A DNA stretch of 63,952 bases, the filler included, from Thraustochytrium aureum (taxonomy: Eukaryota), in assembly GCA_012862495.1 (NCBI GenBank). It is 5 parts of 4 records of this genome, joined end to end, with 100 filler letters (N's around TTAATTAATTAA, not from the genome) between each part and the next. Parts side by side here need not be neighbours in the genome. Positions count along the whole stretch, not along the records: positions 1 to 26,551 come from BLSG01000343.1; positions 26,652 to 55,606 come from BLSG01000343.1; 3 more parts are not named here. One strand, given 5' to 3'. The notes under the pieces are model-generated. The model was not told the DNA's origin and made no database searches. It worked only from the letters and a program-made list of their open reading frames with translations. The translations under genes were made by a program, and so were the position numbers. Every line of letters starts with the position of its first letter. Within the stretch, counting starts at the first letter, position 1. Below, in pieces: positions 22,632 through 34,264 of the stretch.

Positions 22632-25104
22632 TCAGCCTTGCAGAAGGCGCTGCACGACGCGGGCAACGTCACCGTCAAGCGCCTGCAGCAGGTTGACGTT
22701 GGTATCCACGTCCAGGAAGCCCATGTCAGCGAGCGCCCTGAGCTCCTCAGACCACCGCGAAAGGCGGCCGTCGTACGTAGGAGGCTGGGCCGGGACAGCG
22801 ACCGGGGCCGGCGGAAGCGGCGGCAGCGGCACCACGGCGGCGGGCGGGGCTTCCTCCGAAGCGCGGTCCTTCACAGTGACATCCACCCAAAGCCGGTGGC
22901 CAAAGCGCTGCTGGTTGGGCTCGGACGTCATGAGGCGCCAGTATCCCACGTAGCGACCCGGGCGGTCCGACGCGACGAGGTCCACCGAGACGTCCACAAC
23001 GCTGCCGGCCGCCAAGCTCGGAACAAGAACGCCGTTCTGCGGACCGCCCATGCGGTCGCCCCCAACGTTGACGAGGCGCGAGCCGGCGGGCCAGTTGGTG
23101 GGGCCCGGGTTTTGGATGCGCCAAACCTTGGTCATCGACGCGCCGGGCTCAACGAGCGAGCCGTCCGACAGAGACATGTCCGCGATAAACTTGGCGCGCG
23201 GCCGCTCGGGCGGCGAAAGCATGCTTGGGCGCAACATTCGCCGCGGCGGGCGTCGGCGCCGCGCGGTCGCGGCCCACAGCATGCTCGGAACCTTGCCCTG
23301 CGAAACTGGAGCCCCCGAGCGCCGGCGGTCTCCTCTTGGGGCTGCTCGGCAGCTGCGGCGGCGGAGAACTCATCGGTGCCGGCCTTGGGCGCATTGCCCG
23401 CGCTGCTCACATTGCCGAACGACTGCGCCTCGGCGCACTCGGCGCAAAGGTCCCAGTTGCANNNNNNNNNNNNNNNNNNNNNNNNNNNNNNNNNNNNNNN
23501 NNNNNNNNNNNNNNNNNNNNNNNNNNNNNNNNNNNNNNNNNNNNNNNNNNNNNNNNNNNNNNNNNNNNNNNNNNNNNNNNNNNNNNNNNNNNNNNNNNNN
23601 NNNNNNNNNNNNNNNNNNNNNNNNNNNNNNNNNNNNNNNNNNNNNNNNNNNNNNNNNNNNNNNNNNNNNNNNNNNNNNNNNNNNNNNNNNNNNNNNNNNN
23701 NNNNNNNNNNNNNNNNNNNNNNNNNNNNNNNNNNNNNNNNNNNNNNNNNNNNNNNNNNNNNNNNNNATCCGTGTCGGACTGAACCCCGTTGCCGGTGTCG
23801 CGCAGGACAACGACAATCTCGCGCGGCGTCTTCTTCGGGTGCGTGATTTTCAGGAACGGACCGTACCGCTCCTCAAAGTCTCCCGTGGCCTCGCAGACAG
23901 AGCACAGGTCAAAGTCCTCGATGATAGCCGACTTCCAGCGCACGCCAGCGATGTACTCGCCGGCCATGGCGCCAGCCGCTCGTGAGGCCAGCTTCTTCGC
24001 GCTCGTGTCGCAGCCGTCGCAGAGCACGTGGCGGTGGACCACGACAGGCGCGCTGGCGGGCGGCGTCGCCTCCTTGGGCGCCGGCTCCGGCGCCGCGCGC
24101 TCGGGCTGAGGCTCGCTGCGGGGCTGGCAGCAGGCATGCGCGAGGACCTGAAAGAGCTCGAGCGTGAGCGGGGCCAGCTCAAGAAGCTGCGGCGCGGCGC
24201 GCACCAGCTCGGACAGCGCGGCCAACACGTCTCCGGCGTGCGGGAACGTGGCCGCGAGGCAGCTGCCGGGCCCGCGCTCGGCCCGCGCGCGAGCGACGTC
24301 GACCACGAGGTCGGCGACGGCTGGGTGGCTCAGGAACTCTTGCACCGCGTTGACGGTGTCGCGATTCTGGAGCACGCTGGCGACGCGCGCCACCAGGTCG
24401 GACTCGTCCGAGGCATCCGTTTGCGCGCCTTCGGTGCCCTGTTGGTCCTTCGAGGCGCGGCGTTCGTCGCCGTGGCTTTGGCCGTGGCTTTGGTCTTGCT
24501 CTTGCTGCATGGCGCGCCCGATCGACGACCCGAGGCTGGCGATCTCGCTCACCACAGCGCGCTGCACATCCTCAGAGGCGGCGCACTCTGCGAAGGTGCT
24601 GATGTGCTGCATCAGGTTCGCCCCGGTCGCGTGCGAAATGAACGCGTTGGCCAGGTTGTCCCAGTCGCAGGCTGAGAATTGGCTCGACGACTCGTCGTAC
24701 CCAGCTTCGCTGTGGAACTCAAAGTCGTCGGGCATGCCGCGGCTTTCGTTTGGCTCGCTCGCACCACCGTCCGAGGCGCTGGCCGAGACCTTGGCCGTGT
24801 CTTGCGCTGCTTGGTCCTCCGCGCCGGGGTCGGTTGACTCATCATCGTCATCATCGTCGCTGTGGTGGTCGCCGGCGTCGTCGTCGCCCCCCTCGTCGTT
24901 CGCGGCGCTGCAGTTGCTGGCGTCGGCCTCCGTTGCATCGCCGTCGCGCTGCTCGGTTTGGGCGGCTGCAGACCCTTGGTCGGTCTCCGCGTCCGCAGGC
25001 CCGGTCTCCGCGACGGAGCCCGCCGCGCTCATGTTGTCCGTCTCCACCATGAGAAACTCATCTTCCGAGCTGGCATACCCGTCCTGCCGCTTCGCGCCGT
25101 CCAT
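22632..25104 (-). CDS. NBR1-like selective autophagy receptor (ZZ, ZZ, FW/Ig-like, UBA); internal gap and one frameshift
   Basis: VHRHVLCDGC...DFDLCSVCE; NWDLCAEC; FW domain KFIADMSLSDG...KVWRIQNPGPTNWP...YVGYWRL...FGHRLWVDVTV; UBA LADMGFLDVDTNVNLL. Confidence 0.88.
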
Positions 25105-25998
25105 CGCGGAGCGCCTTGCGGAACGTGCCTCGCACTCCGACAGACAGCCAGCCAGACAGCCAGCCAGACAGGCAGACCAGCCGGCCCTTTCCCCCGCTCC
25201 TCGACCTCGCTGCGCGCGCTTGCTGCCCAAAGCCAAGCAAGCGCTCGCCGGTGGTCCTCTCCTCGCGCTGCTCCTCCTCCTCCTCCGCTGCTCCGCTTGC
25301 TCCTTCGCGTTCGGTGTCTGCCAGCCTGCTGGAGCTCTCCCGATCCTCTCGCTCCTGCCTGCCACCTTGCCGCCCTATGAAAGCGCCGCCCTCACTCTGT
25401 GCGAGGAGGAAGCGAAGGGAAGGAAGCGACGGGAGCGCCGGTCTTCCTCAGCGCGCTGTTGGTGGAGCGGCCTGAGCTGATGGCGGCGAAACTGTCGCTT
25501 GCGCCTCTGGGGCCCGCACCGTGTGACAGTGAGGGCTGGCCGCCTCTGTCCCGGTCGCTGAACGCCTCTTCCTCTCCCAAGTCGAACGCAAGAGAAGCGC
25601 GGATTTGCGTGACCTTGGCATCGACACTTTCGCTTGGAATGGAAGAAGGCCTCGGCGGAAGCGCGTGGAGCTTCCTTCGGCGAAGGCCTCAGGCCTTCTC
25701 GAAAGTTCACCGGCCTTCCTCGACGAGGCCGCACTCGTGGCTGCGCTTCTTGCAGCTTCGCCTGCCTGCCAAGGCCCTCTTCGACGCTCACTTCGACGGC
25801 ACTGGCGGCGGGCATCGGGGAGAGTCCGCGCGGTGCCGCGAGCGGCTGGAAATCGCCCCGGGATGAACTAGATGGGCGGATTGGGAGGGCCGCCGCGCGG
25901 AAATGTCCGCGCGGCAGGTTTCTGGGAGAAAAGTGACGGTATGATTTCTTTCTTTCTGTCTTGCTTGCTTTCGTTCTCTCACGAATGAGGTCGCTCGG

Positions 25999-26551
25999 CT
26001 ACGGCGCGTCGCCGACGGTCAGGTTGAGCATGAGGATCGTGGAGAGCGCGACGATGTTGACGAGGCCCAGCAGCATGGGCCCAAACTCGTCGTGCACGAC
26101 AGCGTCGCGGTGGCGGATTCGCTTGCCGCGCCAGTAAAAGGTGCCCAGCGCGTAGACGCAAAAGAGCATGGCCACGGGGAGCATGATCATCCCGATGAGG
26201 TGCGCCGCGCGCTCGCCGCGCGAGGTCTGGGCGGGCGTCGTGAAGCCCAGGAGACCGGTCGCGCCCGTGGCTATGACGACCGCCATGTGCAGCCAGTTCA
26301 AGTACGTGCGCTCGTTCGCGAGAAACTGCTTCGGCTCCACCTTGAGCGGGATGCTGGAGAACGCGTCCGTGGTGCGAAACCAGCCCCCGCAGAGCCAGTC
26401 GAAGAAAGAGCCGTCGCCGCCGCCCGCCTCGCGCATGAGACCGCTAGGCGCCTTGGGGCCCGCGGAAGAAATCGTGCCATACCCGGAGTGGCGAGGTGCT
26501 GCCTGGGCGTCGATCAGGGACGGCCGCGGCTTCATCAAGTTGAGGCCGTGC
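25999..26551 (-). CDS. Vacuolar transporter chaperone (VTC) DUF202 membrane domain; probably the 3' part of a larger VTC subunit cut at the scaffold end
   Basis: IPLKVEPKQFLANERTYLNWLH followed by three TM helices and YWRGKRIR. Confidence 0.88.
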
Positions 26552-26595
26552 NNNNNNNNNNNNNNNNNNNNNNNNNNNNNNNNNNNNNNNNNNNN

Positions 26596-26607
26596 TTAAT
26601 TAATTAA
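26596..26607. other. Artificial scaffold linker (stops in all six frames)
   Basis: TTAATTAATTAA with 44 N on each side. Confidence 0.97.
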
Positions 26608-27129
26608 NNNNNNNNNNNNNNNNNNNNNNNNNNNNNNNNNNNNNNNNNNNNCGCTGCACTCGAACGAACGCTCAACCTGCGCTCGCACTGCGCTCGACCT
26701 GTGCTCGCGCTGGCCGCGTCTGCACCTGATGCGTGTCTGCCAATCGCGCCTCGCGCTGTCCTCGGAGAGTCCTCTGCAAGATTCGCTCGAGCGGCTTCGC
26801 GGTAGCGAATCCACTTCAGGAAAAATCTGCCCCTTCTACCCCGCGCCGCCCGCAGCCACGTCACGAGCCACCCAATGTGACGAGGGCAATCCACTTTAAG
26901 CGCACGAAGATTTCGATTTAAAATTGTTCTTTCGTCACCAGGGGAAACCAAGTGACTCTGCAGACAGCCGGCGCGTCTCGGGGGGGAGCCCAGCCTTCGC
27001 GAGTCCGGGGAGGTATCGCGTCAGGTAGGGAGCTCTGTGACGTGGAGGTGGCCCCATTTCGTGAGTGAGTTGACCGAGGGCGCGGTCGTGCGGCAGAGCG
27101 GCGTCGCGCCCGGCCGGCAGCGGAGGAGG

Positions 27130-29358
27130 ATGCCCCGCAAAGCGTTGCTCGCGGCGACGAGCGCAGGCCGGCGCAGCGCCTCTGCAGAATGGCGCCGACG
27201 AGGCCTGCGCGCGCTGTCGGCGCCGTTCTCGAGCGGCGCGCTGCAGGGCGTGAAGGGCGGCTCTTTCGGTGGCGGTGGCCGCGGCGCCCTGGGACTGCCT
27301 GCCTCGCGCGCCGACGCCGCGGTGCTTTGTGGCGAGTGGAGGTGCTGCAGCGGCTCGAGCGCCGTGCCTCGGTACGCGAGCTCGTTGACGTCGGATAACG
27401 CGGTGGGCGCGGCTCCACGGGCGACAGTTCAGAAGGCCACTCTTGACCCCGTCGCTGCGGCGATCACGGCGGCGAGGCTCGCCCGTGAAAGCCTTTTGAG
27501 GAAAGATCGCGGTGCTCACGCTGCTAGCATCAAAGCGTTGCAGAGCTGCACAGCGGGCGCTGTAACGAGAGTTTTGCGCGTCTCGAGCAAAGCACGAGGA
27601 CACGTAAAGCAACTGGCCATCCTGTTGTTGGAAGACAGGGCGTTTTGGAAATCGCTGGACCCGAGCCAGCTTTGCACTGTGGTAGTAGAGCTCGCCACCC
27701 TTCGGCGCCTCGGCGTCCTGGGCGAGCTGCCTCGGCAAAGGCTGGAGCTGCTGCGAGTGTGTGTCGACGGTGCGTCGTCGTCGCTTAGCGTAAGCGAACT
27801 GGCGATCGTGCTGCGCTCCCTTGTCGACCTCAAGCTCCATGCGGGAAACCGCACCTGGTCCAACCTAGACAAGCGCTTGCAAGATCTCGAAACAGAAGGC
27901 GATCTACAAACTGCATCGGGCATCATGTGGGCCATGACGCGGCTCGGGCACCGCCGTGCGTCACCCAAGACGCTGCGCACCCTAGAGAAGATATTCGTGG
28001 AGCAGGCTCCCAAAAAACGGGGCGACATCTCGAGCCTGTGCATCGCCGTATGGGCCTCGGCAAAGCTGCACCACCCCATCTCCAATGCGCTGTGGGGGAA
28101 CGTGCTGGAGCAGTTTGAGCTCAATCCAGCGTCGTTCAAGCCCATCGACGTCGCCAACGTGACGTGGGCAATCGCCAAGACGCGGTCGCCCGTTGCTGTG
28201 GAGCTGGGAAACAACCTCGACGCGTACCTCCTCGAAACGCTGCCAAAGTTTCGCCCCGAGGAGCTCATGATCACGATCAGGTCGCTGGCCAAGACGCGCG
28301 ATCAGCTCAGGCCAGACCTTGCCTTTGCTTTTGAAAACGCACTGCGAAAGCGGACGACGCGGATAAACGCCAACTGTCTGGCTGGCTCGTTGTGGGGGCT
28401 CGCGCGCGTCAACGCAGAGCCGAGCTTTGACTTTATCCGCGAGGTCGAGGCGGCGGCGTTTCGGCTCCTGCCAAGTTTTAACCCCCAAAACTTTGACAGC
28501 GTGCTGTACGCCTTTGCGCGCTTCGAGTACGTCCCCTCTCCGGCGTTTTGGGACAGGTTTCAGGAGTTTGCCTTGTCCCGGCTGCACGAGTTTGACGCGT
28601 CAAGTGTGGCAATTACGTTTTACGCGATAGGCAAGTTGCAGCTCGTGCCTTCACCGGCGTTTCTCGCGAGCCTCCAACACAAGTCGCTCGAGGCGCTCGA
28701 GGCGCGAGGGCACAAGCGCGACTTTTCCAACATGTTGTGGGCCTTTGCGGAGATCGACCACAACCCTGCAAACCCCGTGTTCTGGTCGCGCTTTGAGTCC
28801 GTCGTGATCGAGGCCATCCCGGGCTTTGACGAGCCCGCTCTCGTGAGCACGGTCGGCGCGATTTGCCACTTGCGCATCACTTTCAGCGACAAGTTTTGGA
28901 GCGCCTTCAACGCCGCGATACTCGGCCTGCTTCCCGCGTGCCGCCACCCGAACTCTGTGGTGCTAATCGTCGCGGCGTATGCAGGCCTCCGCGGGCACAC
29001 CGCTGACCTCCGCCTTGTCGCTGCGGTGCAGCAGGCCGCCAGCGCCAACTTTGGCGCGCTCGCGCCGCACCAGATCATTGACCTCGTCATCAATACGTTG
29101 TCGCTCGCGAGCGGGGACCTTGAGCCAGGTTTTTTGGAGGAGGCCCACGATGCCATTCTCTCGAGTTCAACGCAACCCGCAAGGGAGGACATCTTGCGTC
29201 TTTTGGGTGCGTACGAGAAGTTTCCGGAGGCGGCGCAGCGTGAGCATCACCACTTCATCGAGTACATATCGCGCCTCGCAGGCGGCGACGTCTTGAGCGC
29301 CAGGTTTGGGGCGCGCATTGCGGAGAGTTGCCAAGCCGATGCGGTGGTCGAACTGTAA
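27130..29358 (+). CDS. Helical-repeat RNA-binding protein (OPR/HPR/FASTK-like) with a putative mitochondrial presequence
   Basis: Repeats of about 37-38 aa such as FKPIDVANVTWAIAK, FNPQNFDSVLYAFAR and DFSNMLWAFAEIDHNP; R/S/A-rich N-terminus from ATG 27130. Confidence 0.8.
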   Translation: MPRKALLAATSAGRRSASAEWRRRGLRALSAPFSSGALQGVKGGSFGGGGRGALGLPASRADAAVLCGEWRCCSGSSAVPRYASSLTSDNAVGAAPRATVQKATLDPVAAAITAARLARESLLRKDRGAHAASIKALQSCTAGAVTRVLRVSSKARGHVKQLAILLLEDRAFWKSLDPSQLCTVVVELATLRRLGVLGELPRQRLELLRVCVDGASSSLSVSELAIVLRSLVDLKLHAGNRTWSNLDKRLQDLETEGDLQTASGIMWAMTRLGHRRASPKTLRTLEKIFVEQAPKKRGDISSLCIAVWASAKLHHPISNALWGNVLEQFELNPASFKPIDVANVTWAIAKTRSPVAVELGNNLDAYLLETLPKFRPEELMITIRSLAKTRDQLRPDLAFAFENALRKRTTRINANCLAGSLWGLARVNAEPSFDFIREVEAAAFRLLPSFNPQNFDSVLYAFARFEYVPSPAFWDRFQEFALSRLHEFDASSVAITFYAIGKLQLVPSPAFLASLQHKSLEALEARGHKRDFSNMLWAFAEIDHNPANPVFWSRFESVVIEAIPGFDEPALVSTVGAICHLRITFSDKFWSAFNAAILGLLPACRHPNSVVLIVAAYAGLRGHTADLRLVAAVQQAASANFGALAPHQIIDLVINTLSLASGDLEPGFLEEAHDAILSSSTQPAREDILRLLGAYEKFPEAAQREHHHFIEYISRLAGGDVLSARFGARIAESCQADAVVEL

Positions 29359-29787
29359 ACAACCAGCAATTTTTTTTTTAAACACAGCAACCGTCGCCAC
29401 AACCCNNNNNNNNNNNNNNNNNNNNNNNNNNNNNNNNNNNNNNNNNNNNNNNNNNNNNNNNNNNNNNNNNNNNNNNNNNNNNNNNNNNNNNNNNNNNNNN
29501 NNNNNNNNNNNNNNNNNNNNNNNNNNNNNNNNNNNNNNNNNNNNNNNNNNNNNNNNNNNNNNNNNNNNNNNNNNNNNNNNNNNNNNNNNNNNNNNNNNNN
29601 NNNNNNNNNNNNNNNNNNNNNNNNNNNNNNNNNNNNNNNNNNNNNNNNNNNNNNNNNNNNNNNNNNACTTGATCAAGAAAGTACTGGTACGAACTTGAAG
29701 GAGGAGGCAAGCAGAACCGGGCAGAGCACGTGGCAGCAGCAGCAGCGGCAGAGCACGTGGCAGCAGCAGCAGCAGCAGCAGAGCACG

Positions 29788-29821
<34 letters not shown>

Positions 29822-29903
29822 GTATCTACGCCGCTGTCGGCGAAGACTGCGTTGGGCGCTCTGTTTTTTTCTCGCTCGAGCCGGAGGAGAGCATTGCAGG
29901 GAG

Positions 29904-30467
29904 ATGAGCGCGAACGCGACCGCGACTGCTGCTGCAGCTGTTGATGTGAGTGATGGTGCGGAAGTGGATCGCAGCAGTGAGGTGGGGACCAAGCGATTGC
30001 GAGCGGCCAAGTTGGTTGATCTTCACTCCGAGTTGATGCGTAATATCCTTGCCTTCGTTGGGCCTCCGCAGGTGTTTGTCGTGACTCGCCACGACACGAT
30101 CAGTAGGGCATCATCACACTATGGGGAGGATGATGATCCGTACGAGATCAGTACCTCGTTGCGCTACTTTGACAACGAGTTGTCCGCCTTGCGGTTTTGC
30201 GTGGACATGAATGTGGAGGAGTACAACGCGTACTTTTCCGATGACGACGACGAGGAGGAGGAGGAGGAGGAGGAGGAGGGCGGCGAGTCCAGCAAGTCGG
30301 CTGACATCGTGAAGACTGTCAACACGGCCCCGACAAGTGAGCTGGAACGATTGCGAGCGCACAGTGAGTTGATGCGTAAGAAGTTCCAAGATCGCTTCGA
30401 ACATTATACTACGCCCGGCGGCCCCTCATACTTCACGTGCAAAGCGATAGTAGTTCACAGCTTTTAA
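29904..30467 (+). CDS. Small F-box-like protein with an acidic tract
   Basis: KLVDLHSELMRNILAFV resembles an F-box start; poly-D/E run. Confidence 0.55.
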   Translation: MSANATATAAAAVDVSDGAEVDRSSEVGTKRLRAAKLVDLHSELMRNILAFVGPPQVFVVTRHDTISRASSHYGEDDDPYEISTSLRYFDNELSALRFCVDMNVEEYNAYFSDDDDEEEEEEEEEGGESSKSADIVKTVNTAPTSELERLRAHSELMRKKFQDRFEHYTTPGGPSYFTCKAIVVHSF

Positions 30468-31533
30468 TCCCAGCGGAGTACGTAGAGTAACACCAAACAA
30501 ACTACTGCTGGTAGTCCAACGACGTCACAACCCTAACCCACTTTGTAAGGAGTGAGGATGAATCCGGACAGGAGCCCCATGCTTGGTTTGGTGTCCTCTG
30601 GCTCCTACCAGCTTGTGCGACGCGCCGCGGTGCCTGGCTCCAAGCCCATGTTCTCGTTGGAGGTGCAGAGGGTGCTCCCCACCGCGTACCACAGCGTTGA
30701 AGAAGACGTCAATGACGCTTATGGCCGCACTGAGGTCCCTGTTCCAAGTTGAGGTATCCGCCCCGATTGCAGCTGGTCGTGTGCCGCGTGCCCGAAGTAG
30801 CGCGCGTCTCCGCGCTCACTACGAGGCGTGCGACAACGCCTGAGGCCTGATGCGACGCGGTCGTCTGGATCTGCATAGCACGGGCAAGTGTCTTGAGACT
30901 CGCGCCAAAAAACTCCTGCTGCTCCAACCACCACGCGTTATACCAGGCATATTGCCGGAGCCCAAGGAGTTGGCTGGGCTCCACACCATGTCATAAACCA
31001 TACGTGACGCCCTGTCACAATCACAACGCGCATGAAGGCTTAAAAAGCAAAGCAAAAGCAATCCCCGAACTGCATCGCGAAGAGCGGGCAGAAGAAGCGC
31101 GGAAACCGCGGAGCTGCTGAAGGAGTAGCAGCCAGTAGCGCAGACAAGCCCAAGGAGCGCTAGTAGAAGACGCGTGCGCGACGCGCGCAGGGGAGCGCCC
31201 TCGCAGCCCGCGCTTTCCAGTTCTGCCCCCAACCAAAACAAAGCCCGACCAAACCAAACGCTTCGCTGGCGAAGGCTAAACGGTCTGGGCATGTATGTGG
31301 CAAGCCACGCGCCGCGTCCATGGCCAGCCGGGGTGAAGCAAGCAGGCCCCAAACAGAGCAGCAAACAGAGCGGCAAACGCCGCGCGAGGCCCTCATCAAG
31401 GTAAGTGAGTACCTTGAGTACGCGGCAAAAATGGTCTACTAGCGTTGACGAGGAGAAAAGAAATCAACAAGCCCTTCGAAGGAGGAGGAGGAGGAGGAGG
31501 CCAGCAGACCCGCAACGCGGCAGAGCACGCGGC

Positions 31534-31572
<39 letters not shown>

Positions 31573-31614
31573 CGGCGGAGGGCGCGGGCGGGCGTGAGCT
31601 GCTGCGGCGGAGGG

Positions 31615-34112
31615 ATGGGCGACGGCGTGGTACTGGGCCCGCTGGCAGTGGAGGAGCGGCTGCGCCGGCTCGGCGCCTGGGTGAAGGTGCCGNNNNNNNN
31701 NNNNNNNNNNNNNNNNNNNNNNNNNNNNNNNNNNNNNNNNNNNNNNNNNNNNNNNNNNNNNNNNNNNNNNNNNNNNNNNNNNNNNNNNNNNNNNNNNNNN
31801 NNNNNNNNNNNNNNNNNNNNNNNNNNNNGTGCAAGTACCTCGGGGTGTCACAGGACGAGCTGGATGAACGCTGGGAAGAGGGGTTTGCGCATGTGCCGTG
31901 GCTGCGGATGGCGTCCGAGGAGGAGGGGTTTGATCGAGAGGTGTGGATCGCGAGGGTGAGGATGCCAGATATGCCCAGGACGACTGTTCTTCAGCAATAC
32001 CCCGGGCTCCTCACGCGGGCGCAGCGGATGGAGGCCTCGAACGGGGCCTACGACGACGAGCCGTCTTTAGAACGCGCGCGCGCGAAGCTGGCAACGCGCC
32101 TCTCATCATCAGAGATGCCGGCAACCCCCCACCTCGAGGACGCGCCAGACGAGAGCGAGGCACTAGACTCGGACCTGTGCGACACCGCGCTGCATTTAGA
32201 CGACGACCACGTTAGCGATGACTTGGTGCCAGAGCTTTCAATCGAGACCGGAAAGCGGGGCGCCGATGCCGACCCAGACCCCGGTCCCGGTCCCGATCCC
32301 GGTCCCGGTCCCGATGCCGATGCGCACGCGCCCCGCCGCCGCAGCGTCGGTGGCAACAAGCGGCGTCGCGGAAATGTGCGCTACCGCAACGGGAACGCCG
32401 CTGACCAGGACGCGGCCAATAAAGTCGAGGTCGCGCGCGGGCTCATCGGGCAGCTGGCGGCGCTCCGGCTCAGCCCCGAAGTCCTGTATCAACTTCTGGG
32501 CAAGGTCTTCCCATTGAAAGAGGCTTGCAAAGCCGTCGCCAAACATGTCGGCAGAGAATGCATCGGTTTCAAGGACAACGTGCTCGTACCGTGGCAGCGC
32601 GAGCGCGAGGCCAAGAACAAGCGCAAGGGGCTGGCTGCCTACGCGGGACCCAATGGGCGGCTCGATTTTCACAGCGAGGCAGAGTACAAGGCGCGAATGG
32701 TGACTTTCGCTCCAGCGTGCCTCGGTCTCTTGGAGGCTATGTCGCGCGGCAAGCACAAGGACGCCACGTCCATTGTGGTGCTGGCCTTTGACGCTATGTT
32801 GCGCAACAAGTTCCACTCGGGGCGGTCGGGGAACACGACGGCTTTTTTCGAGATCACCGTCCGAGACTCGTTCCTTCGGCGAACGAGCAACTTGAGCATG
32901 GTAGGCCTCGAACACGACGCCCGACGTTCACTTGGGTTGTACCCGTCCTCCATCCGCGTCCTGGAGAATGCCGTCAGCGAAGCTCGCGCGAAATCGCCGA
33001 CCGGCAAGGGTGAACTGGGGACCTGGTTTGACCGCGGCCCGCCCGCCATGGCTTCCCGAATACAGGGCAAGCTAAACAAAGCCGCAAGATCCTTTGAAAA
33101 GAGGCATCACGACACTGCCATACCGCACCTCGAGCAGCACATGCAAGCTTTGGACGACTTGCAGGACCCAGCTTCGCTCGACATGCACGACCCGCTCGGG
33201 ATGCACGAGTCGATTGCACAGCACTTGCCCGACCTGCAGCTGCCACAGGAGCTGGAGCACGAACGACACGAGCTGAACCGACGTGATGAGCACGAGGACG
33301 ACCTCAGGCAGCGACAACACCAAGAAGGGCACCACCACCTGCAAAAGCATCAGCGTCACGAGCATGACATGGGCGGCATGCAATCCTCGCAGCACCAGCA
33401 CCAGCATCAGCACCAGCACCAGCACCCACACCAGCACCCGCACGCGCATCAGCACAGAGACAGAGGCGGGCGACCAAGTTTGGACGACAGCCCAGGACAG
33501 CACCTGGACGATCTTCACGAGCATCAGCGCAACCGCGACCTCGAGGACGATCACGGGCTCGACCTCGCTCTCGCTCACAGTCACAGAGGCAGTGGGCCAG
33601 GGCAATCTCAGCAGCATCACCACCATGACCAGGACCTGGATTTGGGCCAAGAGCACGAGTTGGACCAGCGCATTGCGGATCACGAACATGACCAGGTGCT
33701 CGAGCAGCACCACCACCAGAACGGTCTCCATGGCCACCACATTCATCACGACCACCTCGAACTTCACGAGCACTCGCTTTCGCACGAGTCGGCGCACGAT
33801 GGCACACATCATCACCATCATGAGCAGGCTCCGCACCCGTTTGACTACGATCACGAGCAAGTGGTACTGGAGTCTGGCACTGGTTCTTTGGATGGCGATG
33901 GCGCAGAGCAGCGGAGAGTGCACGAGCAGAATCTGGAGCTTTTGGCCAACTCTACAACAGCGAATCTGGACGACGGTCTCGACGTTCTGCCCGGCGGTCC
34001 GGACCACGACGAGCAGGTAGTGCACCAGCTCGGGATGGACGGCTCGCTGCCAGATCGAGGCATTCCGCACAGGCGGATGGCGGGTCTCCACCAGCAGCAT
34101 CGCGAACGGTAG
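31615..34112 (+). CDS. Uncharacterised protein with a globular middle region and a long His/Gln/Asp-rich C-terminus; spans a gap
   Basis: 755-aa ORF after the gap; likely 5' part MGDGVVLGPLAVEERLRRLGAWVKVP from 31615; basic NLS-like KRRRG. Confidence 0.7.
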
Positions 34113-34264
34113 ACACCCCCGACTAGCCCAAGGATTCAATGATTATTTATACCATCTTAGTTGTAAGCTGCTGCGCCAGAGATTGCGCACTTGATCAAGA
34201 AGAGCTGCGCCAGAGCCGCTCAGGGAACAAGAAGCGAGAGCTTGCGAACTTGAAGGCGGCCTTG

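Noticed and set aside
26596..26607. TTAATTAATTAA as a piggyBac TTAA site or regulatory palindrome
   Set aside because: Always centred in exactly 44+44 Ns, so it is a synthetic linker.
30528..30540. Telomere-like AACCCTAACCC
   Set aside because: Fewer than two full units; expected by chance.
30552..31404. Possible pseudogene with in-frame stops
   Set aside because: Stop density is roughly what random sequence would give and no family is recognisable.
33072..34139. Long hydrophobic antisense ORF, and similar shadows such as 35255-36835 and 24164-25480
   Set aside because: Antisense or alternate-frame shadows of real GC-rich CDSs.
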